From: Candidatus Bathycorpusculum fermentans
GTDB lineage: Archaea; Thermoproteota; Bathyarchaeia; Bathyarchaeales; Bathycorpusculaceae
NCBI GenBank assembly: GCA_009787175.1
Contig: WRGM01000173.1
Location: 1-37,405 of the forward strand
Direction of reading: 5' to 3'
DNA length: 37,405 nt
In this document: positions 19,048-29,293 of the stretch, one piece after another
Layout of the letters: every line of letters starts with the position of its first letter
Numbering within the stretch: position 1 is the stretch's first letter
Notes under the pieces: model-generated
What the model was told of the DNA's origin: nothing
Databases searched by the model: none
What the model saw: only the letters and a program-made list of their open reading frames with translations
Translations under genes and position numbers: made by a program

Positions 19048-19961
19048 CTAGCATTACTCCTAATGCTTGACAGGACGAATCATTGGTGTAAGTTGGCATT
19101 TTTATTTGTCGTCTAAGAACCACCACCAGTATCACGGCTACAATAACTCCTCCGAAGAGAACACCAACAACTAGCATAAAGAGCGGATTAGCGAATATAG
19201 AATCTGGCGTATATGTCTTATCGGACGTATACATCTGACTAGGCGCATACGTCTGACCCGGCACATACGTCTGACCCGACGAGGATTGTTGATTATCACT
19301 ATTAGAGGTTGCAGGTTGTGAAATAATTGTTGGTGAAGGAAGAGATGAAGCAGTTCCGTCTGGTATTGTTAGTATTTGTATGGCGCTCCAGTCGCTTGAT
19401 GTGCTAAAAGACATGCTATCCGCAGGACCAATCAAAAGGCTAGCCATTGAACCGGCAGTAGCGGAATAGCGATATCCTATTACAGCTTGGACTCTGAAAT
19501 CCAATTTTGTACCATCGGTATAATTAGCAGAACCTGACACGATGGTATATTCAGAGTTTGACTGAGCCTGATAGGCATAAGAGTAGGTAGAGTAACGAAA
19601 ACTATACCAGTTTTCACTATAGCGATCTTACTTCAACTGCATAATACAGATTGATATCATAGTCACGTTCGCTAGTGTGTAAAGTGTAGGGTGTAAAGGG
19701 CTGATTTTTTATTTTAACCTCTATTGACCTGTTCTCTGCACGGTAACCGGGAGTAGTAGTGATTATTTCTGTCCATGTTGATGTGTCAAAAGTAGATGTA
19801 TTAGTGGGCGGTACGTCATAGGGATGTGCTACAATGTTTACACTGAATTGTGGAACAGACGGCGGAGAGGGCTTTTGCGCATTTACAGATTGAGCTATCA
19901 GCACAATTAGACCTGACACCATCAAGCACGTAATTAATAGTAAAACAGTATACTTATGCAT
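19040..19961 (-). pseudogene. frameshifted paralog of 18151..19047; track ORFs 19617..19961 and 19040..19540 are one gene
   Basis: After ..YYAVEV the frame of the downstream ORF reads DRYSENWYSF..QAQSNSEYTIVSGS, aligning with HSEENWQTF..QADFEYTIVYG of the paralog; one indel near 19628. Confidence 0.8.
19200..19280 (-). repeat. in-frame 18-bp degenerate repeats encoding (Q/K)(T/M)Yxxx hexapeptides
   Basis: QTYVPG-QTYAPS-QMYTSD-KTYTPD. Confidence 0.75.
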
Positions 19962-20317
19962 ACAAACCCTTACTTTTGGTAATTAAAAAGGTTTATTCCA
20001 AATAAGCCTAATCCGACAGAAACGGACACTACACCAGAACTAAATATTGAAGGCTAAACTATGTGTAACACACTATACACAACCTCATACAAATTTTAAG
20101 ACATAAACTTACATTAATCTACAAACATAACAAACAACTCTGAACAGCAATAGATGCTTCTTTGAACGATTTACACACAAGCATAAAAGAGATTTCATAA
20201 ATTATTAAAAGTTCACACGCAATACAAAGCAAGAGCAATAAGAAAAAAATATTTAAATCTGATGTAGAGGTGTATTTCAGGATATAAGTGTGAGAGTGAC
20301 AGAGATAGGGGGCTACT

Positions 20318-23300
20318 GTGTTGAGCAGGCAGAATTTTGTGGAAAATCAGGAAAACAATGTTGCAGTAGCGCAGCCTCCGTTGTCTCAAGATGAAATTTT
20401 AGGTAAGCCTGTTGATGAATTATTTTCTCGTCTAGATTCTTCACTAAATGGTTTAAGTGTTGAAGAGGCTGAGAGGCGTCTTGAGCGTTATGGGCGAAAT
20501 GAGTTAGCGAAGAGGCGTAAGCGTTCTGTTTTTGTTGATTTTTTGTTGCATTTTAAGAGTCCTCTTGTAATTATTTTGATGGCTGCAGGGTTAATTTCTG
20601 GGTTTATGGGTGAGATTGTTAATACGGTTATTATTTTTGTTATAGTGTTTCTAAGTGTTATTTTGGATTTTTATCAGGAGAATAAGGCTGAGAATGCGGC
20701 GGAGATGCTTAAGGAAGCTGTGACTGTTACGGCGACTGTTATTCGTGATGGTGTGAAGCAGGAGATTAAGGTTCATGATGTTGTGTTAGGTGATGTGATT
20801 TATCTTTCTGCGGGGGATATAACGCCTGCAGATGCGCGTGTGATTTCTGCAAAAGATTTTTTTGTTAATCAATCTGCTTTAACGGGTGAGGCTTTTCCTG
20901 TAGAGAAAACGTCTGCTTTGGTAAAGTCTAAAGATCCTGCGACTACGGAGTGGAATAATTATATTTTCATGGGGACATCTGTTGTAAGTGGTACTGCGGT
21001 GGCCTTAGTTGTTAGGACTGGTAGTTCTACGGAGTATGGGAAAATTGCTAAAAAGCTTGTGGAAAAAGCGCCGGAGACAGAGTTTGAGAAAGGTGCTAGG
21101 CATTTTGGTTTCTTTATGATGAAGATGACTATGCTTTTGGTAATTTTTGCTTTTATGATTAACGCGTTAGTCAATCCTAGTACTGAGGGTATAGTGTCAG
21201 CGTTGCTTTTTGCAGTGGCATTAGCTGTTGGTTTAACTCCAGAATTGTTACCTATGATTATAACTATTAACTTGTCTCGCGGTGCCATAGTCATGGCTAA
21301 GAAGGGTGTCATCGTTAAGCGTTTAGCAGCTATTGATAACTTTGGCAGTATGAATGTTTTATGTACTGATAAAACGGGGACTTTGACAGAGAACAAAATT
21401 ACTCTTGTCTTACATGTAAACCCTAATGGTGACGATGATGATAAAGTGTTACTGTATAGTTACCTTAATAGTTTCTATCAGACAGGTCTAAAAAGTCCAA
21501 TGGATGAGGCTATACTGGTACATGAAAAAATAGATACAGCGGGTTATCAAAAAATTGATGAAGTGCCCTTTGACTTTGTCCGCAGACGTGTAAGTGTAGT
21601 CGTAGAAAACGATCAGCAAAAATATTTCATAATTAAAGGTGCACCAGAGGAAATTTTCAAAGTTTCCTCCTTCTGCGAAATAGACGGCTTACCTGTGGAC
21701 TTAACTGAAGAACTGCGTAAGAAAGCTGAGCAGAAATATTATGAATTAAGCACGGAAGGTTTTCGAGTATTAGGAGTAGCCTATAAAAAACTCAAAGAAG
21801 AAAAAACTGTTTACGCCATTAATGATGAATGCGACATGATCTTTATGGGTTTCGTCGCTTTCCTCGATCCGCCAAAAAAAACAGCGGGAGAATCCATAAA
21901 GCTGTTAACAAATGCAGGTATAGAACTTAAAATTTTAACTGGCGACAATGAACAGGTTACACGTAAAACCTGCGAAACATTAGGATTTGAAATTAAAGGT
22001 ATAGCGTTAGGTAACGAGATAAGCCAAATGTCTGAAGAAGCACTAGCACGCACCGTTGAAGAGGCAAATGTTTTCGCTCGAGTCACACCAATTCAAAAAA
22101 ACCGCATCATATCCCTATTGAAGAGAAACGGTCACGTAGTTGGCTTCATGGGTGACGGCATTAACGATGCCCCCTCCCTAAAAACATGCGACGTAGGCGT
22201 ATCAGTCAACAACGCCGTAGACATCGCAAAAGAATCCGCCGACATTATCCTTCTCAAAAATGACCTAACCGTTCTAGCTGAAGGAGTAATAGAAGGCAGA
22301 AGAACATTTGGCAACACCATGAAATATATAATGATGAGTGTTAGCAGCAACTTTGGCAACATGCTAAGCGTCGTAGGAGCAACACTAATTCTCTCACTAA
22401 TAGGTCTTATCTACACACCCATGCAGCCATGGCTATTTGTCGGTTTCTTACCAATGTTACCTATTCAAATTCTTCTAAACAATTTGCTCTATGACGTTTC
22501 TCAGTCAACAATTACCTCAGACAATGTTGACGTCGAATACATTGAAAAACCCAAACGCTGGGATATAGGTTACATCAAAAGATTTATGCTAACCCTAGGC
22601 CCAGTCAGCTCACTATTTGACTTCTTAACATTTTTCGTAATGATACTAGTCTTTCTACCATTTGCAGCAACAGCAGGTCAATTTGAGCAGTTATTCCAAA
22701 CAGCCTGGTTCGTAGTATCCTTAATAACCCAGTCACTTATCATTTTTGTAATCCGTACGCGTACATCACCGTTTTGGAAGAGCAAACCAAGTAAATACTT
22801 GATACTTAGCAGCATTGTCATAATATCAATAGCATTAATCCTACCATTCACAGGCTTTGGTCAGGCTTACTTCCAATTCACTCCATTACCACCAAAATTT
22901 TTTGCCATACTAACAGTTTTTATATTAGGCTATTTCACGCTTGCAGAAGTAATTAAAAGATGGTTCCACAAGAATAACTCTTACTATGTTGAACAAATAC
23001 TAGTACCTAAAAAACGTGGGCTATATCTAAGCAGAGGTGCCCGACTAGTCCAAGACATCATAGCAGTAATTTGCCTACGCTCAGAAGATAAAATTTTCTT
23101 TGACTCCCTACTAGGAGACCTATCAAGAAGCCTCAAATATCCAATTAACCATCGCGAAGTAGTTCAAAACTTAAATCATCTCCACCGCGCAGGGCTAATA
23201 GAGGTTGACTGGGACACACGAACAATACAACGCCAAAACACAATTAGAGAATACGTATCAGAATACGTAGAAACACGAACCATATGGTCAATGATCGGCA

Positions 23301-23443
23301 AAGACTGGATACGCATAAACAAAGCAATACTTGAAACTCATGGCGAAACTAACACAGATTACGCTGAACTATTCCGCAGCAAAAACAAAAAGAAAAAACC
23401 TAAAGACAAACAAACATTTCTCTCACCAGAAGGACACAAATAA
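20318..23443 (+). CDS. mgtA: magnesium-translocating P-type ATPase (P3B) with C-terminal extension
   Basis: TGE, AVGLTPELLP, LCTDKTGTLT, DEVPFDF.RRR, FLDPPK, TGDN, GDGINDAP, SSNFGN, QILLNNLLYD, GPVSSLFD, FQTAWF. Confidence 0.93.
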   Translation: MLSRQNFVENQENNVAVAQPPLSQDEILGKPVDELFSRLDSSLNGLSVEEAERRLERYGRNELAKRRKRSVFVDFLLHFKSPLVIILMAAGLISGFMGEIVNTVIIFVIVFLSVILDFYQENKAENAAEMLKEAVTVTATVIRDGVKQEIKVHDVVLGDVIYLSAGDITPADARVISAKDFFVNQSALTGEAFPVEKTSALVKSKDPATTEWNNYIFMGTSVVSGTAVALVVRTGSSTEYGKIAKKLVEKAPETEFEKGARHFGFFMMKMTMLLVIFAFMINALVNPSTEGIVSALLFAVALAVGLTPELLPMIITINLSRGAIVMAKKGVIVKRLAAIDNFGSMNVLCTDKTGTLTENKITLVLHVNPNGDDDDKVLLYSYLNSFYQTGLKSPMDEAILVHEKIDTAGYQKIDEVPFDFVRRRVSVVVENDQQKYFIIKGAPEEIFKVSSFCEIDGLPVDLTEELRKKAEQKYYELSTEGFRVLGVAYKKLKEEKTVYAINDECDMIFMGFVAFLDPPKKTAGESIKLLTNAGIELKILTGDNEQVTRKTCETLGFEIKGIALGNEISQMSEEALARTVEEANVFARVTPIQKNRIISLLKRNGHVVGFMGDGINDAPSLKTCDVGVSVNNAVDIAKESADIILLKNDLTVLAEGVIEGRRTFGNTMKYIMMSVSSNFGNMLSVVGATLILSLIGLIYTPMQPWLFVGFLPMLPIQILLNNLLYDVSQSTITSDNVDVEYIEKPKRWDIGYIKRFMLTLGPVSSLFDFLTFFVMILVFLPFAATAGQFEQLFQTAWFVVSLITQSLIIFVIRTRTSPFWKSKPSKYLILSSIVIISIALILPFTGFGQAYFQFTPLPPKFFAILTVFILGYFTLAEVIKRWFHKNNSYYVEQILVPKKRGLYLSRGARLVQDIIAVICLRSEDKIFFDSLLGDLSRSLKYPINHREVVQNLNHLHRAGLIEVDWDTRTIQRQNTIREYVSEYVETRTIWSMIGKDWIRINKAILETHGETNTDYAELFRSKNKKKKPKDKQTFLSPEGHK

Positions 23444-23489
23444 TCAAGTACCAACACACGACAAAGGTTCAGACATGTTGAAAACAAAA

Positions 23490-23705
23490 TTATCGCTGTG
23501 ATTTTGCAACCTCTTTTTGAATAGCAAGCAACTGACCTGCAATACTGGTTAACATAAAAAGAGCAATAGCTATAGCAGTAATCCCGATTTTCACCTTCCA
23601 ATCAAAATCAAAATACAGAATCGAAAATATTGAAACAATCATTACACCTAAAACTAGAGCCTCTTGAACAATTCCAAGACCTTTCAACGAATTACCAAAA
23701 CTCAT
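23490..23705 (-). CDS. small two-helix membrane protein
   Basis: Two hydrophobic segments; GGTGA upstream of ATG 23705; no family recognised. Confidence 0.65.
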   Translation of the reverse strand: MSFGNSLKGLGIVQEALVLGVMIVSIFSILYFDFDWKVKIGITAIAIALFMLTSIAGQLLAIQKEVAKSQR

Positions 23706-24152
23706 ACACTTCACCATCAAAAGGTTACTATACTCAAATATTTAGGCATTTACACATTTTAGAAAAGCCAAACCATCAAATAAAAGCAGGAATAAAAACT
23801 ATCAAAAAGTTAAGCCAAAAAAACTACACCTAGCCAAAAGAGCCACAGTACAAAATAACAATTAACAAAGTTTTTGTATGTATTTAGCTCTCGGCAAAAA
23901 TTTCGTTAACATTTAACCTTTCATGCCATTTTTTGCGCAACAAACACAGCTACATATGCAAATTCATGCATAGATGCTTTAATAAAAACACGCAAGCTAA
24001 ATGTACACAAGTTTTTTTTATTCTTAAATTGTGTAATGCTCCCCCCTTATGGTACAGTATTTTCGTAAAAAATCTGGTTAAAGTTAGTGCAGAGTATTTG
24101 ATTATGTGTGTAAAATATGATAAACTTGGGCAATTATAGCGGCGCACGTATA

Positions 24153-24163
24153 AACTTTTATAC
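24153..24163 (+). promoter_or_regulatory. putative BRE/TATA of the smc operon
   Basis: AAAC-TTTTATA about 55 bp upstream of the smc TTG. Confidence 0.45.
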
Positions 24164-24217
24164 CTACGATGATGACATGTTTAATTGAATAGTATTATTA
24201 GAGGATAAAGGACTGAA

Positions 24218-27200
24218 TTGCCGTACATTAAGAGAATTGAAATAAAAGGCTTCAAGTCTTTTGGGCCACAAACTGTAAAGGTGAATCTGGATAAAGGTTT
24301 CACAGCAATCACTGGTCCAAATGGTAGCGGCAAATCTAACATTATGGATGCTCTTCTATTTGCGCTTGGGGAATTGAGTACAAAAAGAATGCGAGCTATA
24401 AATTCTGAGAAACTAATTTTTCATGGCTCTGAGAAGGGTGGTTTAGAAAAGTCCAAGATGGCAAAAGTTATCGTTCAATTTGATAATACAGAGGGTATAA
24501 TGCCGGCAGATACTTCTACGGTGTCTATTTCCAGAGAGGTTTATCGTAGTGGTCAGAGTGTTTATAGGTTAAATGGCAGAAGAGTGAATCGTGCACAAAT
24601 TATTGAAAATCTCTCTTTGGCTGCTATTAGTAGTATGAGTCAGAATATTATTCCTCAGGCTCAGATTAATCAGTTGGCGGAAATTTCGCCGGTAGATCGT
24701 CGGAAGGTTATTGAAAACCTTATTGGTATAGGTCAGTATGAGTCTGATAAGGCTGAGGCAGAAGAGAAATTGCGTTCTGCTGATATTAGTATTCGTACTG
24801 CTATGGGTAGAATTGATGAGGTTCAGAAGCGTCTTGATGATTTAGAGCGTGAGCGTAATCAGCTTTCTCGGTATAATTTTATTCAAGAGGAGACTAAAAA
24901 GTTTCAGGCTATAAAGACTTCAAATGAGCTTATAAAGTTAAATGAGCAACTTTTGGAGATAACGTCGAATATTGAGAAGGCGCAGGCTCGTGTTGATAAA
25001 TTGAAGAATCAACGTGAACTGCGCAGAACTAAAAGGCATGAAATTGAAGGTGAATGGCGTAAACTTAGTGGGGAGACCCTTGAGGAGGGGGGTAGTCAAA
25101 TTCTTAAAGTTCAAGTTGAGATTGGCAATTTGAATTCGCGTTTAATAGAGTTGACAACGCAAATTAATTCTAGTCAGGCAAGTCTTGAGAGTTTAAAGAA
25201 AGTTACTAAGAATAATCAAGAGAGCTATGATGCTCTTCAAAAGGAGATAAGGGATAATCGGTTAAAAATTCGTGCATGCAAAGCAGACTATGAGAAACTT
25301 AGGACACAGATTTTAGAAAAGGAAGCAGTACATGAGGCAGTCGCTAAAGAGACTGTTCAGCTTTGGGAAGGTCTTGGGGATAATAATCAGAAAGTTCGTG
25401 GTGTAGAAATACAGGTTGAGAATCATACTAAGCGGTTAGCGTATCTGCGTTCTGAATATACTAAAGACAAGTCTGCAATGCGAGTCTGTATTGGGCGTCT
25501 TAAAAATTTGACTGTGCGTAAAGAAAAGTTTCTTACTAATCTTTCAGAGTTAGAAAAGTCTCTTGCTACGTTTGAACAGGTGCAGAGAGAACAAAAAGAG
25601 AAGATAAAGGCTTTAGAGAATACCATTAGTCGGAAAGTTGGGCAAAAAGAGCTCGTGCAAAAAGAAATTGTTGATGCTGAGCGTATTGCGCGCTCGGCTA
25701 AGGATGCGGTAATAGAGTTTGCAACACAAAAAGATCTTGCCGCTACCATAGCGCAGGAAGAGAAGGCGTTGCGTAACATTGAGGAAATGGGTGATGTAGG
25801 CGCGATTAATGGTATTCATGGTAGGCTTCGTAATTTAATTAAAATTGATAAGAACTATAAGAAAGCTATTGAGGCTGCGGCGGCGGGTTGGCTTGACGCG
25901 TTAGTAGTAAAAGATGTTGATGCAGCATTTATGTGTGCTGAAACTTTGCGTCGCATGAAGCTTGGCAGGGTTAAGATTATACCGTTGCAGGGGGCTGTGC
26001 CACAGAAGACAAAGCTTGCGCCTATACATGAAAATGGTGTAATTGGTCAGCTTACAGCATTTATTAAATATGATAAAAAAGTCGAGTTTGCAGTTGACTA
26101 TGTTTTTGGTGATACAGCTGTTGTGTCAAATGATAAAACTGGTTTTGCACTGTCAAACAATGGTTATCGTTCTGTAACGGTTAACGGTGACCTGTATGAG
26201 ACAGGAGCTTTTGAAAGCGGCTTCTACCGGGCCCCCATAGATTTTTCAACTATCATTCCAAGTGAGAACGCGTTAAAAAGTCTTGATGAAGCGGTAAAGG
26301 CGCTTCAAACGCATCTGTCACAGAGAGGCACAGATATAATAGGTATAGATGAAGAGATTGAACATGCTAAAATGGAGATGACACGGCTTAGCGAATTTAT
26401 AGCTACATTAGATAGAGAAGTTATTAGAATTAAACGCAGTGTTAAACGTACTCAAATTAATGTTCGACAAACTGGGAAATACAGTGGGAAAATGGAACGA
26501 GAAATTGCTGCTTACAAAGGCCGCATGAGTGTATACATGTCGGAACGTAACACTATTAAAAAGGCGTTACAGAAAAATTATATCGAACTCTCAGAATCGC
26601 GTAAAAAAACTGATGTTAGTCATATTCAGAAACTTGAAGTGGAAAGAGAGCGTGTAGGTGAGGAGATAAACAGTTTAAGGCAGCAGTTAGGTACTCTGCA
26701 AACTGAAATTGATACACAACAAGCCCAATTTGACAAAGTTCTCCGTGTAGGATATCAAAATATTAAAATCCAATTAGCCAAAGTTGAACAACAAAAGAAA
26801 AAACTTGAAAAAGAACTAGCTGAAACCATACAAAAACGGGAAGAAATTAAAAAGGAACATGACGAGCTAGAAAAAAGTCGCGTTGAACTCTCTAACACTG
26901 TTTTTTCTGCACGCGAAGAATCTAAAAAATTCACCAGCCAAATTGATAATATTGACGATGAACTAAGCCTTTTAGATAAGGAGTATGAAGAGGCAGACAC
27001 ACTGCTTAACCAGTTAACATTAACATCTCAAACAGGCAATATACGACAACAAAGCCTACAAAGCCAGCTTAAACAGTACGGCTTTGAAAAAGAATTTAAA
27101 GTTAACCAAAGACAAGTTGAAGAAGCAGACACAACTATACGCATGATGCAATTTGAACTTGAACGTATAGGAGCTATTAATCAACTTGCACGCGACCACT

Positions 27201-27790
27201 ACGATGACCAAACCTCACGATATCGTGAACTCTCAGTACGCCTAAACGAGCTAGAAAGAGAGAAACAGGCCATTGTCGTATTCATGGATGAAATTGACGC
27301 GAAAAAACGCAGAATCTTCATGACCGCATTTGAAAAAATTAACAACAGCCTCAACGGCTATTTTGACAAACTATCTGGCGGTGGGACCGCTATGTTAAAA
27401 CTAGAAAACGCTGATGACCCATTTGTTGGAGGCATAGACATGATAGTCCAGTTTCCTAATAAACCCTCAATAGTTGTCAGCGGAGCTAGCGGCGGCGAAC
27501 GCTCATGCTCAACAGTTGCATTCATATTCAGCCTCAAAGAATTCTCACCTGCCTCATTCTACATACTTGACGAAGTAGACGCCCACTTAGACGCGTTCCA
27601 TACAACTAAACTCGCCGAACTACTACTAGAAGAAGCATCTGGAACACAATTTATAGTTATCAGCCTACGACCTGAAATGGTAAGCAGAGCCCAAAAAGTC
27701 TACGGCGTCTATGAACGCAATGGCATATCAAACGTTGTAACAGCAAAACTTCCACCGAAAACACCAACACAAGGAGAGCTATCCAGATAA
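24218..27790 (+). CDS. smc: chromosome segregation protein SMC
   Basis: GFKSF, GPNGSGKSN, coiled coils, hinge (G.HGRL.NLI, LGRVKIIPL, VFGDT), SGGERS, LDEVDAHLD. Confidence 0.98.
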   Translation: MPYIKRIEIKGFKSFGPQTVKVNLDKGFTAITGPNGSGKSNIMDALLFALGELSTKRMRAINSEKLIFHGSEKGGLEKSKMAKVIVQFDNTEGIMPADTSTVSISREVYRSGQSVYRLNGRRVNRAQIIENLSLAAISSMSQNIIPQAQINQLAEISPVDRRKVIENLIGIGQYESDKAEAEEKLRSADISIRTAMGRIDEVQKRLDDLERERNQLSRYNFIQEETKKFQAIKTSNELIKLNEQLLEITSNIEKAQARVDKLKNQRELRRTKRHEIEGEWRKLSGETLEEGGSQILKVQVEIGNLNSRLIELTTQINSSQASLESLKKVTKNNQESYDALQKEIRDNRLKIRACKADYEKLRTQILEKEAVHEAVAKETVQLWEGLGDNNQKVRGVEIQVENHTKRLAYLRSEYTKDKSAMRVCIGRLKNLTVRKEKFLTNLSELEKSLATFEQVQREQKEKIKALENTISRKVGQKELVQKEIVDAERIARSAKDAVIEFATQKDLAATIAQEEKALRNIEEMGDVGAINGIHGRLRNLIKIDKNYKKAIEAAAAGWLDALVVKDVDAAFMCAETLRRMKLGRVKIIPLQGAVPQKTKLAPIHENGVIGQLTAFIKYDKKVEFAVDYVFGDTAVVSNDKTGFALSNNGYRSVTVNGDLYETGAFESGFYRAPIDFSTIIPSENALKSLDEAVKALQTHLSQRGTDIIGIDEEIEHAKMEMTRLSEFIATLDREVIRIKRSVKRTQINVRQTGKYSGKMEREIAAYKGRMSVYMSERNTIKKALQKNYIELSESRKKTDVSHIQKLEVERERVGEEINSLRQQLGTLQTEIDTQQAQFDKVLRVGYQNIKIQLAKVEQQKKKLEKELAETIQKREEIKKEHDELEKSRVELSNTVFSAREESKKFTSQIDNIDDELSLLDKEYEEADTLLNQLTLTSQTGNIRQQSLQSQLKQYGFEKEFKVNQRQVEEADTTIRMMQFELERIGAINQLARDHYDDQTSRYRELSVRLNELEREKQAIVVFMDEIDAKKRRIFMTAFEKINNSLNGYFDKLSGGGTAMLKLENADDPFVGGIDMIVQFPNKPSIVVSGASGGERSCSTVAFIFSLKEFSPASFYILDEVDAHLDAFHTTKLAELLLEEASGTQFIVISLRPEMVSRAQKVYGVYERNGISNVVTAKLPPKTPTQGELSR

Positions 27791-28509
27791 TGGCTACAAA
27801 AGCACCAACTCAAACAACGCCATCTCGCAGACCTTTCTATCTACGGCCACCTTGGAATATTCTCTTTGAGCTTAGTAAACTTGAAAAACTTGGTACCCCT
27901 TGGAACATCAACATTGCCTATCTGTTACGGTCATTTCTAACTGAAATGGATAATACTAAAAAAGTGGATTTTCGAGCCTCAGGGGTTGCATTAGATTCTT
28001 CAGCGTTAATTTATCTCATGAAGTCCAAATTACTTTTAACTCTAAATGATCCCCCCTCACCGACAGCGCCAAAACTTCCACCAGATTTTGTGCCACCACC
28101 ACTATTTCTGCCTCTTCGTCATGAGTTAACATCAACAACTATTCAACATCTGCTTGAAGTTTTAGATGAAGTTTTAAAAGGTGAAAAGCTTTCTCGATTA
28201 GACAGAGTGGCTATTCAAACACCAGTTTTACCAATAGTCTCAGATTTACTTCCACAATTCGACCAATTTTTAGCTGAATTAGAGAGTCAAGTTGAGCAGC
28301 TTTATGCCTTATTACTTGAAAAAGTACATGGTCAAGGAATAATTGATTTTTCAACACTAACAAAAGGCGCAACACGTATAGAAGCATTAAGAACATTTAT
28401 CTATCTGCTTTTCCTTGCACAAGACGGCTTAGTAAGCCTGTGGCAAAATGAAGAAACAGAAGAATTATACATTGCAGTGGGGAATCTAAAAGTTGGAAAG
28501 GCCAGATAA
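27790..28509 (+). CDS. scpA: kleisin ScpA
   Basis: PWNINI, DFRASG.AL..S..IY.MKS..LL, C-terminal wHTH TFIYLLFLAQDG.V.LWQ; TAATG coupling to smc. Confidence 0.9.
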   Translation: MATKAPTQTTPSRRPFYLRPPWNILFELSKLEKLGTPWNINIAYLLRSFLTEMDNTKKVDFRASGVALDSSALIYLMKSKLLLTLNDPPSPTAPKLPPDFVPPPLFLPLRHELTSTTIQHLLEVLDEVLKGEKLSRLDRVAIQTPVLPIVSDLLPQFDQFLAELESQVEQLYALLLEKVHGQGIIDFSTLTKGATRIEALRTFIYLLFLAQDGLVSLWQNEETEELYIAVGNLKVGKAR

Positions 28510-29230
28510 TCAATCAAATGAAAATCAAGCAGAGATAATTGAAGAGCAAATACAGGGTCAAACAACTGAAATAATAACAAATACTACACAGCCTGAAACC
28601 ATAGAAGAACAGCAGCAGACCGATCAGCCACTAACAGATCAAGATGCTGATGAGTCTGAAAATATAAAAGAAGATAACACAGCTCAAGCTGAAATACGAC
28701 TAAAACAGAATTTGGCGCTTATAGAAGCAGCTCTATATGTGGCTGGACGGCCATTGGATATAAATGAGCTTGGCCAAGTTGTTAATAGTCGTTCTAAGAA
28801 GAAAGTGAAAAAATATACTGAGCTTATTATGAAAGAATATGTTGCGAGAAATTCTCCTATGGAGATTTTAGCATTAAAAGATGAAAGATATGTGTTGCAG
28901 GTTAAAGCGGAATTTACGCCGCTTATTAAAAAATTGGTTAATCGTCCGTTGCTTTCATCTGGTCCGCTTAAGACATTGTCATATATAGCGTTTAGGCAGC
29001 CTATTACTCAGAAGCGTGTTATTGAGGTTCGAGGTCAGCATGCTTATGATCATGTTAAGCAGTTAAAAGATATGGGGTTAATTGTGACAGAGCGTGTAGG
29101 TCGTTCAGTAGCTCTTAAGACTACTGACTATTTTGCGGACTATTTTGGGTTAACACAGGATACTTCAGCTATGAAACGTGAATTGAAGCGTATTTTTGGC
29201 GATGCATTAAAGGAAGAAGAGCAACCTTAA
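28493..29230 (+). CDS. scpB: SMC-Scp complex subunit ScpB with acidic N-terminal extension
   Basis: IEAALYVAGRPL, LKTLSYIAFRQPITQ, RG..AY.HV..L, TT..FADYFGL. Confidence 0.93.
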   Translation: MERPDNQSNENQAEIIEEQIQGQTTEIITNTTQPETIEEQQQTDQPLTDQDADESENIKEDNTAQAEIRLKQNLALIEAALYVAGRPLDINELGQVVNSRSKKKVKKYTELIMKEYVARNSPMEILALKDERYVLQVKAEFTPLIKKLVNRPLLSSGPLKTLSYIAFRQPITQKRVIEVRGQHAYDHVKQLKDMGLIVTERVGRSVALKTTDYFADYFGLTQDTSAMKRELKRIFGDALKEEEQP

Positions 29231-29293
29231 ACGGATACGTTTATATGGAAATTAACAGTTTTAGTGACTACTCGAATTAAAGGATGTAGAATA

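Noticed and set aside
16700-20300. Provirus or integrated element at tRNA-Glu
   Set aside because: No integrase, viral genes or duplicated tRNA 3' end found by eye.
20250-20317. Mg2+ riboswitch or leader peptide before mgtA
   Set aside because: The leader is short and I see no convincing structure or leader ORF.
23721-24217. Replication origin or small ORFs in the 500-bp gap before smc
   Set aside because: No ORB-like repeats or adjacent cdc6/orc1; the short ORFs lack RBS and motifs.
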